Shown here piece by piece: positions 43,901 to 55,900 of a stretch of 64,000 nucleotides of DNA. This stretch comes from Phoronis australis (taxonomy: Eukaryota > Animalia > Phoronida). Position 1 is the stretch's first letter, and every line of letters begins with the position of its first letter. Both the position numbers and the translations under genes were made by a program. Under the pieces are notes generated by a model. It did not search any database, was not told the origin of the DNA, and saw only the letters and a list, made by a program, of their open reading frames with translations. The stretch is taken from NCBI GenBank assembly GCA_002633005.1, contig NMRA01000108.1, forward strand, positions 921,065-985,064, given 5' to 3'.

Positions 43901-46900
43901 GAAAGTTTCTTAGCTCCACAGTATGAAAGTTGCATGAAAGTACCCAGCGCCAGTGTGTCACGTCCACCAACACACAAGTTTCTTGGAAAAGCATGTGCCA
44001 TATCCACGCAGTGCTGTAGTGGGGCGTAGGCACACGTAGGCGCAGCCAACCAACGACCTTTTGGCCTTTGAACATAGCGCCTACGCACCGTAAGTTACGT
44101 TCAGTGCTCAAGGTGATACGTTGGGCTTTTGGCGCCTACTTACCTCTAATTTTACCACTACAGCACTGTATCCACACTTCTCCAATGTCTTGCGGGAAAA
44201 TGAAAAGTGCCACAGCATATATCGTACTACGTTGTCAGAACCACCACAACACTTGCAATGCTTCACCATTCTTCATTATACCATAAACCATGGAAAAACA
44301 AGCAGCAATATCCGACGACTTTTCACACTAAACAAAATGGAGGATGACTAGCGCTGTGACTGGTTGTATCGACAAATGCTCGTAACTCCAGTCAGCCAAT
44401 GAACATATAGTCAGGTAGTGCGGGTGTTCTAATTTGACAGATAGTTGACTGTTTGTGTTTTTTGTTTTTGATACTAAATTGGTAATTCTCAGCATTTTAA
44501 TAAATTTAGTTTTATTTTGTGTTTAATTTTTTGGGTCACCCTGTACGCCACATACACAGCAGTCCAGCTAGAAGGGGACAGGATAGATGCCAGTCACTGA
44601 GACCTTAGGAGAACTTATGACCAAAAGCTGAATTTGATTTCTTAAGTGAATACACAGCAAATGCCCAACAAAACAATGCCCCTTTCCAACAGAATTCCCT
44701 AAAAAGATTCACTCCTGCTGGTATTCTACATGACGGGGCTCACTTTCAGAGTAATGCCTCATGGAAGGGTTTAGTTTGGAAACAATTGTTAGCTATTGTT
44801 GAAATAACCCATACAAGTAGGTGATGTTATAAGAGCGCAACTCAACAAAGGGTGTCTTTTTCATGAAAGCTGGGTACAAATGGTCTCCTTTTTCCGTGTT
44901 CTATTATATAAAGTGCGGGTCTCCTAATTCCCCAGCTACACACTCACATCAAAAAAGTGGAGTGCCCCCCCCCCCGTTTGATTCTGCTTTAGAACCTGTC
45001 TTGTCTTGCCAGCCAATGAACATTTCAAAACCAGGAACTAATTTAAATGAGCCTGTCACAGGCCTCTTTAAAATGTAATCAAAACACTACATCACTGTTG
45101 ATGACTTCAAGATTAAGATCGTAGCAGGTGTAACATTCATGAGTCAAGAACATTTGTAAAACACATACCCACAAGGCTGACAAATATGGCAACCATCCTG
45201 TGTTATGAATCCCTTCAACTCGAACACTCACTCTCTACAACTCTCAAACCTACCGAATGTCCAACTGCACACACTTCATTTTAACACACAATGTGGTAGG
45301 CAAGAATAATTTTATTGTGTGAAATTCAGCAAAAATAATCTTCAATAAATTTTTACCTCATCGTATACATGAACTGTCCTACGCAGTTTTTGTAAACCAA
45401 GAGTTAGGTCAAAGGTTAAGAACATTTTAACAACATTCTTTCCCTTTTGAGCTTATGGATGATGCAGTTAATTGCACACAAAGCAAATCAGACAAGGGGT
45501 AAAATTTTGGAAGATACATCATACAGTTTTTTAATAAATTAAATCCAAAAAGTCAGATAGTGTACAAGTCCATGGGCAGATTTAAAGGACTTCTTACAGA
45601 CACGGCCACACATAAAAACGCCATTAGCAAGCCATTTTAGTAGTACCTACATGGATATTATTCTCCTTCAGAAATTGCAGTTGGGTTATGTGGAACAGTA
45701 AGAACACAGAAAAAATGTCCAAATCAGGACAACTTCATAAGACCGTATCTTAGAAATGGGTGATCAGATTCATAAGAAATGTTTATATAATACCCTTTAT
45801 CCACTGTTCCCCACGATGTTACGAAATCGCTTTTAAAGTGTTCCACTTTTGTATGAGGGCCTATCAAAAATTTGGACTTTTACTATTTTCGTGAAAAAAA
45901 ATCAAAAGTTGCAGAAGACGAAAAACTAAATATTTTGAAAACTGTGACAGTTTTTTGAGATTAAAGCTTGAGCATTTACCGATATTAAATGAAATTTGGT
46001 CACGTTATTTATACTGCTGTTTTGCCATAAATCTAAGTTCCTTATTTGATGTATCTACTAAACACGAGATACAATTAATATCATATTGGTAAAAAGTTAA
46101 AAATCATGATCTACAAACTTTCTACTTTTAGAAAACATTATACTTTTACTAAATTAAAAAAATCTACAGTTCTATGATTACTTTGTTAAATACGCAGTCT
46201 TGTCAATAAAATCCCACGTACCCTAAAAACATCCTAGATCCTACCACGTAGACCCATACGAGCCCCAACCTCAACAATCACTAATCACAACAAACTTTCC
46301 TCTTCCCTTACAAACACCACTTTTGGTAAAACCTCACTAACTTTGGATAAAAACAATAATTTGCTTTTTTCATTTTTCAGAAGCTTCCACCATTATTGAC
46401 AATGGCCACCATTTCTTAGTATCATGGTCATATGGTGGTTATGGTATAGATCTATAGGATTTAGCATTTATTTGGTGATCCCTACTAATCTTTTGTGAGA
46501 AATCAAAAAATTAAATTTTACCTCTCAGCCATGTCGTGTTCTAAATTGATTGGATTTTACCATACACCATCTTTGTACAGCGTCCCAATTCTGCAAAGAC
46601 ACAGTAGTTTTGCAGTGGGGGAAGCATTGTGAAATCCTACCTCTAAATGTAGCCTACATGATTTCCTAAGGCTGTTTCTCATACAGTTAACTTTGCTACT
46701 ACCCAAGCTTCAATGTTAACTGTGGTTAATGCGAACTTAAGCGTTAGCGTTCCCTTCAGCTTAGGAGTTATAGTTCAGCGAGGTTATCACTAGGCAGCGC
46801 TAATATGAACATTGGTCATATGCTTTACTGTTTTCGTCAGTGCTTGTAATAAAAATGGCAAGGACCTTTCCCTCTCCCCAAAACTAGAATGTCAGTTCAC

Positions 46901-49900
46901 ACATTGGGACGATGACCATGTACTAGAAAATGACATATGAAAAAATTGACTACTGAGTAGGCTAACGGCGGTACGGCGTGGTAGGAACTCGTTTTGCGTA
47001 CACTTTACGTTCAGTGATTTTTAAATGTAAAGAATCCCGTAAATACATGGATGAAATGAAACAGAATGCTTATATTGCCAAAATGATAATTACTAGAACA
47101 AAATATTAACAATTAGTAACCAGTTACTGCCCACTGTTGGCAAACGCAAGCAGTGACCTCTGCCGATAACTCCAATGGCATCGAAGTTAAGTGTTCCCAT
47201 TGCAGCAAAGCGAGTTAACTCATGCTGTTAACTTCAATTCACGACCAAAGTTAAGTGTACCCATTGACTGAAGCTTCGGAGCCAGTGAGAAGGGCCTTTT
47301 AGACTATAAACAGAGTAGAGTTCATTGATTGCTTCTTCTAATTGTTCTGTATTTGAAACCATAATTTATTGGCGAGTTACTCTGGGAAGGCATTGCAGAG
47401 TAATTAAGCCCAGACAGAAAAATTGGCATTGAAGGCGGCACCCAATGAAAAATAAAACAACGTACAACACCGCGAGTTTAGATTTTTAGTACAGCATCAC
47501 TACTCCTAACTTACACGGAAATGTGGCTCAAATTTTGTGAATCAATTACTTGTTTTTTTTGTTTTTTTTTGCTGTAATTAACCATTCAGATCAATCTGAC
47601 CACAGGCCGGAAAATCACATTAAAAGCAAATCAATCCTTAGCAAAATAAACCTTTGATTAAATTTAGAATGCCAATGAAAACTGCTCATTGCTGAGACAA
47701 TAATTACACAAACCTGAACAGGTTTGGTTTTAATCCGATGAAACTTCTCTACTTTTGATGACATTTTTCAAATCCATTTTAAAGACAAGACTACGAAATA
47801 AAATCAAAAGGAAAACCTAGTTTGGCAAATCTCCCCAATACGCAAATTTCATCTAATCCACAACATATATGAAAGATAATTAGGGCCCTATAAAAGCAAC
47901 CAATCCACTTGGTTAGGTTATCAGGTAATTTTGACAAATTAGCCTAGTTAGTGAAAAATCTGAACAAAACATGTTGAGGCTCCCTGTGGTGTCCTATGTT
48001 CCCTGTGATATCAAATGATGACAAGTTGATAAAGAGAGCCAAGTACTATAATTACCTAACCTTAACTCATAATCTCTACCACACTGCAATAAGTGGTTGG
48101 TTACTGTGCTCCAGGTTTCACCTTCAGTGAAACGGTTTTATGATTATAAGTGTCACTGTCTTTAAAAACATCAAAGATTTCAGCACGAATGCAAATCAGA
48201 ACTTCTTAATAACTTGAACAATACAGGGGAAAATGAGTCCTTATCGCCATACAACCAAGGTAAAATTATCAAAATCGCATATGTTCAGAAGAGCTTTGAT
48301 AATTTTGCCACATATCCTTGTAACATTTCAATCGATAATTCGTATAATTATTNGGGGGCTCAAATCCAATTTCAAGTGTCAAATTCGGAACACGGCGCAT
48401 TCGTAACGGAACTATGGTTAAGTATAGGCTCTCCCGCGATATCCCAGGCGACCCGGCAGTGGCGCTGCGCACTACGACTCAGTTTCCGTCGTCTGCTCCA
48501 CTGTGCAATGAAGAAAATTTACTTCATTTTTTAAAGAAAATGGAACCTGAGTGACGATGAAAAAACCGAAGCTGCTGGTAAGATGTGAATTTTAATCGAA
48601 GTCCTAGTGAATGACTCAGAAACTCGCAATACCCTCTTTGTCAAACCTTATCATAAGACGATTTCCAAAGCAATCCCGTCATTATTGCCAACACGAAAAA
48701 CGAATTTGGTCTTTTGAGCATTTGGATGATTTGAAGACTATTTTAAATACGACAAATTCGTTAAGAATCGATGACACAAAACGTGTAATAAGCATTACAA
48801 AAAGAAGTAGGTTTCGCGCGCAAACGCTGTGGACCATAAACAAGTACATGTAGGTCTCTTAGTATGAGATTCGTAGTTAAATCGTGGTGGTGTAGTGGTA
48901 ACGCACTCGCGTACTGCGCGCCACGTCGTGAGTTCGATTCTTTGGAACTTGAAGCTTTTCCTGTTTGACACGTTCTCCGTGTTTTTTTTTGCTTTTTTTT
49001 CTTGGATAATACTTCAGGAATCAAGGAAAATGCTTGATTTTTAGAGGTAAAAACAGAAAAATTTCCTGGACCTCCCCCCATTCGGTGCTATGCGCATCTA
49101 CAATCGTGGTTCAGTTTGCGCAAATACTTACAGCCGGACAAAATGTTGGGCCCCTCCTTGTGATATCCTAGATCCGCCACTGATTTGAAACCATAATTTA
49201 TTGGCGAGTTACTCTGGGAAGGCATTGCAGAGTAATTAAGCCCAGACAGAAAAATTGGCATTGAAGGCGGCACCCAACGAAAAATAAAACAACGTAAAAC
49301 ACCCCGAGTTTAGATTTTTAGTGCAGCATCACTACTCCTAACTTACACGGAAATGTGGCTCAAATTTTGTGGATCAATTACTTGATTTTTTTTTGCTGTA
49401 ATTAACCATTCAGATCAATCTTACCACAGGCCGGCAAATCACATTAAAAGCAAATCAATCCTTAGCAAAATAAACCTTTGATTAAATTTAGAATGCCAAT
49501 GAAAACTGCCCATTGCTAAGACAATAATTACAGAAACCTGAACAGGTTTGGTTTTATTCCGATGAAACTTCTCTACTTTTGATGACATTTTTCAAATCCA
49601 TTTTAAAGACTAGACTACGAAATAAAATCAAAAGGAAAACCTAGTTTGGCAAATCTCCCCAATACGCAAACTTCATCTAATCCACAACATATATGAAAGA
49701 TAACTAGGGTCCTCTAAAAGCAATCAATCCACTTGGTTAGGTTATCAGGTAATTTTGACAAATTAGCCTAGTTAGTGAAAAATCTGAACAAAACATGTTG
49801 AGGCTCCCTGTGGTGTCCTATGTTCCCTGTGATATCAAATGATGACAAGTTGATAAGAGAGCCAAGTACTATAATTACCTAACCTTAACTCATAATCTCT

Positions 49901-52900
49901 ACCACACTGCAATAAGTGGTTGGTTACTGTGCTCCAGGTTTCACCTTCAGTGAAATGGTTTTATGATTATAAGTGTCACTGTCTTTAAAAACATCAAAGA
50001 TTTCAGCACGAATGCAACTCAGAACTTCTTAATAACTTGAACAATACAGGGGAAAATGAGTCCTTATTGCGATACAACCAAGGCAAGATTATCAAAATCG
50101 CATATGTTCAGAAGAGCTTTGATAATTTTGCCACATATCCTTGTAACATTTCAATCGATAATTCGTATAATTATTCCTCAGCTGCTCAATTTATTAAAAA
50201 GCTCTAAAATGAATGACAGATGTCACAACATAAAGATAATGATTTTTCATTTTCCATTAGCAGTATTTTCAAAATTCTGTTTTATTTTATTTTACAGACT
50301 TTCAATGTCTTATTGTGTTTTAAATCACAATATGTAAATTTCAAACTTAATCATAAATTCATGAAGAGCCTTCAGAACAAGTCCTTCAACAACAACAACA
50401 AGAAGGAGTGAAAAAGCACTGCTTAGTCATCTTAGCCCTTGTGAAATGAAGACAGTGGCAAAGTAAATCTTAACTCCACATGAAAGAAAGGTAAAATCTT
50501 GAAACTGGAAAACTTCTTCATACACTGGACATATGCCATGTGTCTCTAACTTAGCATTTAAATCCTGAGAACCATATGGTTAGCTGTTGCAGTTTCATAA
50601 CATGACATCTGTTCCAGGAATAGTCCTTTGTGATCAAAGCTGCGTAAAATAAAGTGAATGATATTCCTGGAGTGGTACCAGGATATGATATAGCATGACA
50701 CAGGCTTTTGTTACGGTACAACCTCATCAATTTTGGACAAAAATAATAGCCAAAAATATCCTTTTTCATTTTTGAGTGCTTTAAACATTGATATGAATGT
50801 CTACAAATTTTCAAAGGTTTGTCCGACAGCAGCTATGGTACAAAAGCTAACGAACATGGAAAGTCATTTAGCTTGGCACTGCACGTGTTTCATGTGGAAA
50901 ATGATAAAACAAAATGAGACTCGTCGCCCATATTGCAGGGGTGTATCCAGGACTTTGAGTTGGGGGGCCAGGTCAGAATTTTAGGGAGGGAGCATGGCCC
51001 CCTTGCCCCTCCCAAACCCCCTTAAATCTGCCACTGTATTGTGTCTTAAATTGGTAAGATTTTACCATTCTGTAAATTTGATACCAATGCTTATTTAATG
51101 CTGATGCTATATACAAAAAATGGCAAAAGTTACTTACCGGGTATTATTCGGTGGAGACAGCTGGTTATCAAAATGGGAGACCCATCAAGGGTCCCAGATT
51201 CTGAGAACCGGTTTAATGCTTGTTATTCAATGGAGAAAGCTGGTTCTCAAGATGGGAGACCCCTGAGAGGCAGCAATATTTCAGGGGCATGCCCCTCGTC
51301 ATTAACGCAAACAAAAATTCCAAAGACGCACTTAATGTTTGCTCACCTCCTGTCAACTGGCACATTAAATTTGTGTCAAAAATCCCACCTGATGTTGTCT
51401 TGCCACAGGAATAATTACATACCAATTGCGAAACATCCGATCAAAACAAATGACCAAAACAACAAACTCAATGTAAGATGTCTAACATAACTGTGAAAAT
51501 AAAGATTTATACCGTGGAGACACCTGATTAAGGTTTGCATCACCAGCCCCAAACAGAAATAACAGACACATTACTCTCTATATACCACTGGCAAAACCAA
51601 ACTTAAAGACTACAAACAATGCAAGAAAAATCCGCAAATCCATGAACTGCAAGATAAATTGATGACCCATAGGTGTTCAAAAATGACCCCTAGATTTAAG
51701 ACCTTGAGGGTCAATTGACCCAAAGACACGTTTTTCTAAGTAGAACCCAGCAGAGATCCAGCATTTTGCGACCTAGTTTGATCCCTATTATCAAGTGAAA
51801 AGTGATTCTCAAAGCGGGGGCACCATTAAGGGACCCCCACTTTGAGAGGCATTTTGATGCCCACTATTTTAAGTGGCAAAAAATGATTTGCAAAATGGGC
51901 AACTCCGTAAGTAACTATTACCCAAAAAATGTTGGAACCACATAAATGTTCAAAGTGCTTTGTTGTCTTCTAAAATGTTTCTGAACCAGACAATCAAGAA
52001 TGAGCTCAATAACACTAGGACCTCACTAGGAACTTGCTACAAAAGCAAAACTTAGCAAGATTACACGAGATATTGCCATGTATTTTAAATGTGAACATGT
52101 GATTTTGGCTAGATTTTTAGGCACAATATTTGACAATCTGCAATGTGCGACTTGAACAAGAAATACTTCAAGGAATAAAAATTTCAAAATATCCCGTCCA
52201 CGTATACAAGTATAACACTCAATTTTGTGGGGTATAATAGTCAAGCTGGAGAAGTCATGCATGTTGTTACAGGTATAAACTGTGGAGAGCCAGATGAGTA
52301 CAACAGACACAAAGAATGTTCACCACAATATTTTTCAAGAAAACACATCTAGTGTGGTCATCGTTTCTTGATATCAAAAACAGGAGTCTGACATTTCAAC
52401 ATCAAATGATCAACACTGAAGACTTCTAATTGGGTAAACGAGATCTAGCCAAAAATAACACCGAAATGCAGAAAAACATCATTTAATGACTTTTTGCTGC
52501 TTAAACATCTCGTTAATTTAGACCACAATGACAGTGAAGAATGGAACTTTATATTCTCAATGACAGAGAATACTCGCTTTATCATTTTCTACATCTGTCA
52601 CCTTGATAGCCATGCTGACAGGGTTGTATAATTTTGAATACAGGACAGACCACACTTAAGAGTAGCCACTTGAAAGAACAAAAAATGGACCAAGGCAGAT
52701 CTTCATTCATTAGTCTGAAATATTTAAAAGTTAGCAAAAAATAAAATTAAAGTTTTTATTACATTTTATGGTAATCTAATTAAATGTAAGGCAACAAATC
52801 AATAATTTAAAAACAATAAAAGAACAACATCTGAATTCATAAGTATGATCGTCAAATTTGTAACATAATAAAAATAGTTATAGTTGCTACAATACAAAAG

Positions 52901-55900
52901 ACTTAGTTTAATTTCAGTTTTAAGAAAACTTGCCTGAAAGTGTTCAGCTCTCCTTTTCAAAATCAAGAGACAATCAGCCACCTAAACAAATCACATCCTG
53001 GACTTTGGCAATACTGGCAATACACAAACACAAAAGTCAGTATCTCCACAAAGGCCAGTGGCAACAAAAAATCACTACACTTTCTGATTGGCTAATTAGG
53101 TATCAGACATCAGGCAAACCTGGTGCCAGAAGTGTGCTGATAAACATTCGATTGGCCAACAAATGACTATGTCAACACACAGTACAGTGGGTGGCAGGTG
53201 AGATGGGGGATGAATGAAAACACACTGAATGTACAAAGAACTGCCTTTGGACTGAATAAGACTAATTTGTTTGACTTGGCCTGATTTCCTATTTTTAGGG
53301 TGTATGTTAGAAAACAAATGATCCCTCATGGACTGGAGCCTTATCATGGATTCCGTTTTTCTTTCTTTACGAACCAATAAAGTATTATTACAGTTCTTTA
53401 CTCAACACAATTCTTGTAAGCCGCATTACCCTTTTCAAACACTGCAATTCTATACTTTTCTACTGTACTTTTCATTTGATTTTCATGAACGTTATTGTCA
53501 AATCCACAAGAAGGGGCATTGAGTTTGGACTGCATGACATGTAGCAGTTTCCATGACAGGCAAAAATGCTAGCTAGTGTTTAACCAGGAACGCGTGCAGT
53601 CCGCAAAGGGGTTATTTTCGGCAGCAGCTATGATAAAGTTTCTTCAATTCATTACAACTGCTTCCTGTTTACCATTTAGTCCATATTATAGATGTAACTA
53701 CCGATTACCCCCCCCCCAAATCCACCACTGTGGCGACACCGGTTGATGTAGAGAAGCACTGGCCAATTAAGCACAACCTCTAAATAGCTTGGTTTCCTAA
53801 TGTAAGAACACAACATGGCAGGACACTGAGATATTTTTTGAAAATTTTCAACACAAGTAAACATTTCCATTTATTTTATATCCTTTAACAGTCAGTCATC
53901 AAAGAACACAAAAGTAAAATTCAAACATTCTTAACAATACCATTGGCTTTTGAAAGTTAGAAAAATGATAATTGTGGCAATTATTTTGGTTCAAACTATG
54001 GGAAATTTAGTTTTCTCACTGGGAATCTGCCTTAAAGCACGTTCGCATCCTACAATGAACTTAAACGCAACGAACAAACAAATTAAGCACTCTCTCTCTC
54101 TCCCCTGCGAATGAGTGCCTATTGCACTAAGTGGGTCTAGAACTGAAGATAGGAAGATTTACTTGGCAAATATCATATAAAAATCTAAAATATTATGGTA
54201 AAATGCATGCAAAGATTAATAAGTTGTATAGTGCGGTGCAAGTATTGACCTCACTCAACTAATCAACAGGCAGATTTCTAAATGCCGTTGGTGATGTTCA
54301 TTCTGACAAGGGTACAGTTCTGCTCATCAGCCTCATAGTGAAATTAGAGGAGGCAGTATAGCCTGGTTGATAAGTGCCCGCTTTCTTTACTCGAGGTCGT
54401 GGGTTCAAGTCCCACCCGGTCACACTGCTACACCCTTGTGCCAGGCTTCCAGCGAGGTGATCAGTACAATGGGCCCACATGCGAGGCCTGCGCACGTCTG
54501 GTATAACGTGTATCAGACCACCTGCAATTTTTTTTTCATAGTGAAATTAATATTTGTCAACTTGTATAGGTAACAGCCAGACAGAGATCATGCAAAATCT
54601 GGGAGTCAACCGGCACTCACCTTACCTGTTACAGCCGTTTAAATGGAACGGAATTGGACATCATTTTCTTGCACCATTCGCAATATTTTGTAATCAAGAA
54701 AAGTTTGTCGTTGATTTGAGAACAGTACATATGTCCTATTTCAGATGACAACTATGCAGAAGCAAAATTTGTTCAGAAATCTAGTTCGCTGGTAATAACA
54801 TATTAAAACTAACAATGAAGTGAAACCAGTCTGGTAAACTGTTGTAAACTGCAGGAATATTCTTGACGAAGTCTAAACCTGTGCCCTTTGGATGCACCTG
54901 CTGATAAAAAGTGTGCCTTTTTTCATGAATTTGTGCCCAGCAGACTTAGTGTAAGTGGTAAACGTAAGAAACAGAAAACCCAAGGGCATGTTTTACCCGA
55001 CTGACTACAAGTTGACTAGAGTCTTGCATTTTTGTTGCGTTTTAAAAGATGCTGCAATGTGCTTGTGTCTTTTTGTTTTTATGAGCCAGTGGTGCAAACG
55101 GGTAGTCCAAAAATATCCCAGGAACAGTGCGCATCCTTATAGAATTTGAACAACAGGGGACTTTGAGTCATATTGGCGCTCTCTAGAGAAATGAGAGCAA
55201 GAATGCAACTTCTGCTTGATCCCAAGTAAGATCTGGTGGACACTAAGTGCTACATATAGAGGTTCACTAATTTCATAGCAGAGGAATAAATTCCACTGTC
55301 AACCCCTCCTCTTGTTTGATTAGGTTAACTTCCCTAATTTATTCCATCTTTTTGACGTGGTTGGGATCAAAATACTCCCTCTTTATCAGTCACTACCAAT
55401 GCACTACACGGGTTCTGTAGGTGGCGCTGAACGCTTGTCCACCAAAAACGTGATCGCCTTCTGGCTGGATAGTGAATTTCAATATGGCGAGGCTATTTTG
55501 AAAATCAGAAATTGAATGAAGAATCAGCAAAAATAGAAACTGGCCCACAGGTGATGCTCTATTTCATGGCACTGTAAGTCCATGCATAAATTTAGCAGCA
55601 GAATAACGGTCTAAAGCTTTGGTGATTTTGTTAGCACCTAACTTTTTTACTTTACTCACAGTGTAGCTTCTAAGCACATTAATTTTGTGTCTGATTTTAT
55701 TTACCCAGTTTTTCGCTGGCAATGTTTCCAAGTTGTATATTAATACAGCTGGCTGACAGGAATGACAAGTGGAGTGGTTATCTTCTATCACAGCGCCACC
55801 TATAGACAATAGAGAGATGTAGCACTGGTTAGTAGATTACTGGCCACCTACTGCAACATGCACAGCTAACCTGGAGTGCGCAGTACACCGGTACTATATG

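Noticed and set aside
54347-54425. Functional tRNA gene
   Set aside because: No complete cloverleaf; it continues into the shared SINE body.
54626-54735. Exon-like segment with tandem donors (gtaag/gtgagt)
   Set aside because: Stops in all three frames before the strong donors; at most UTR or non-coding.
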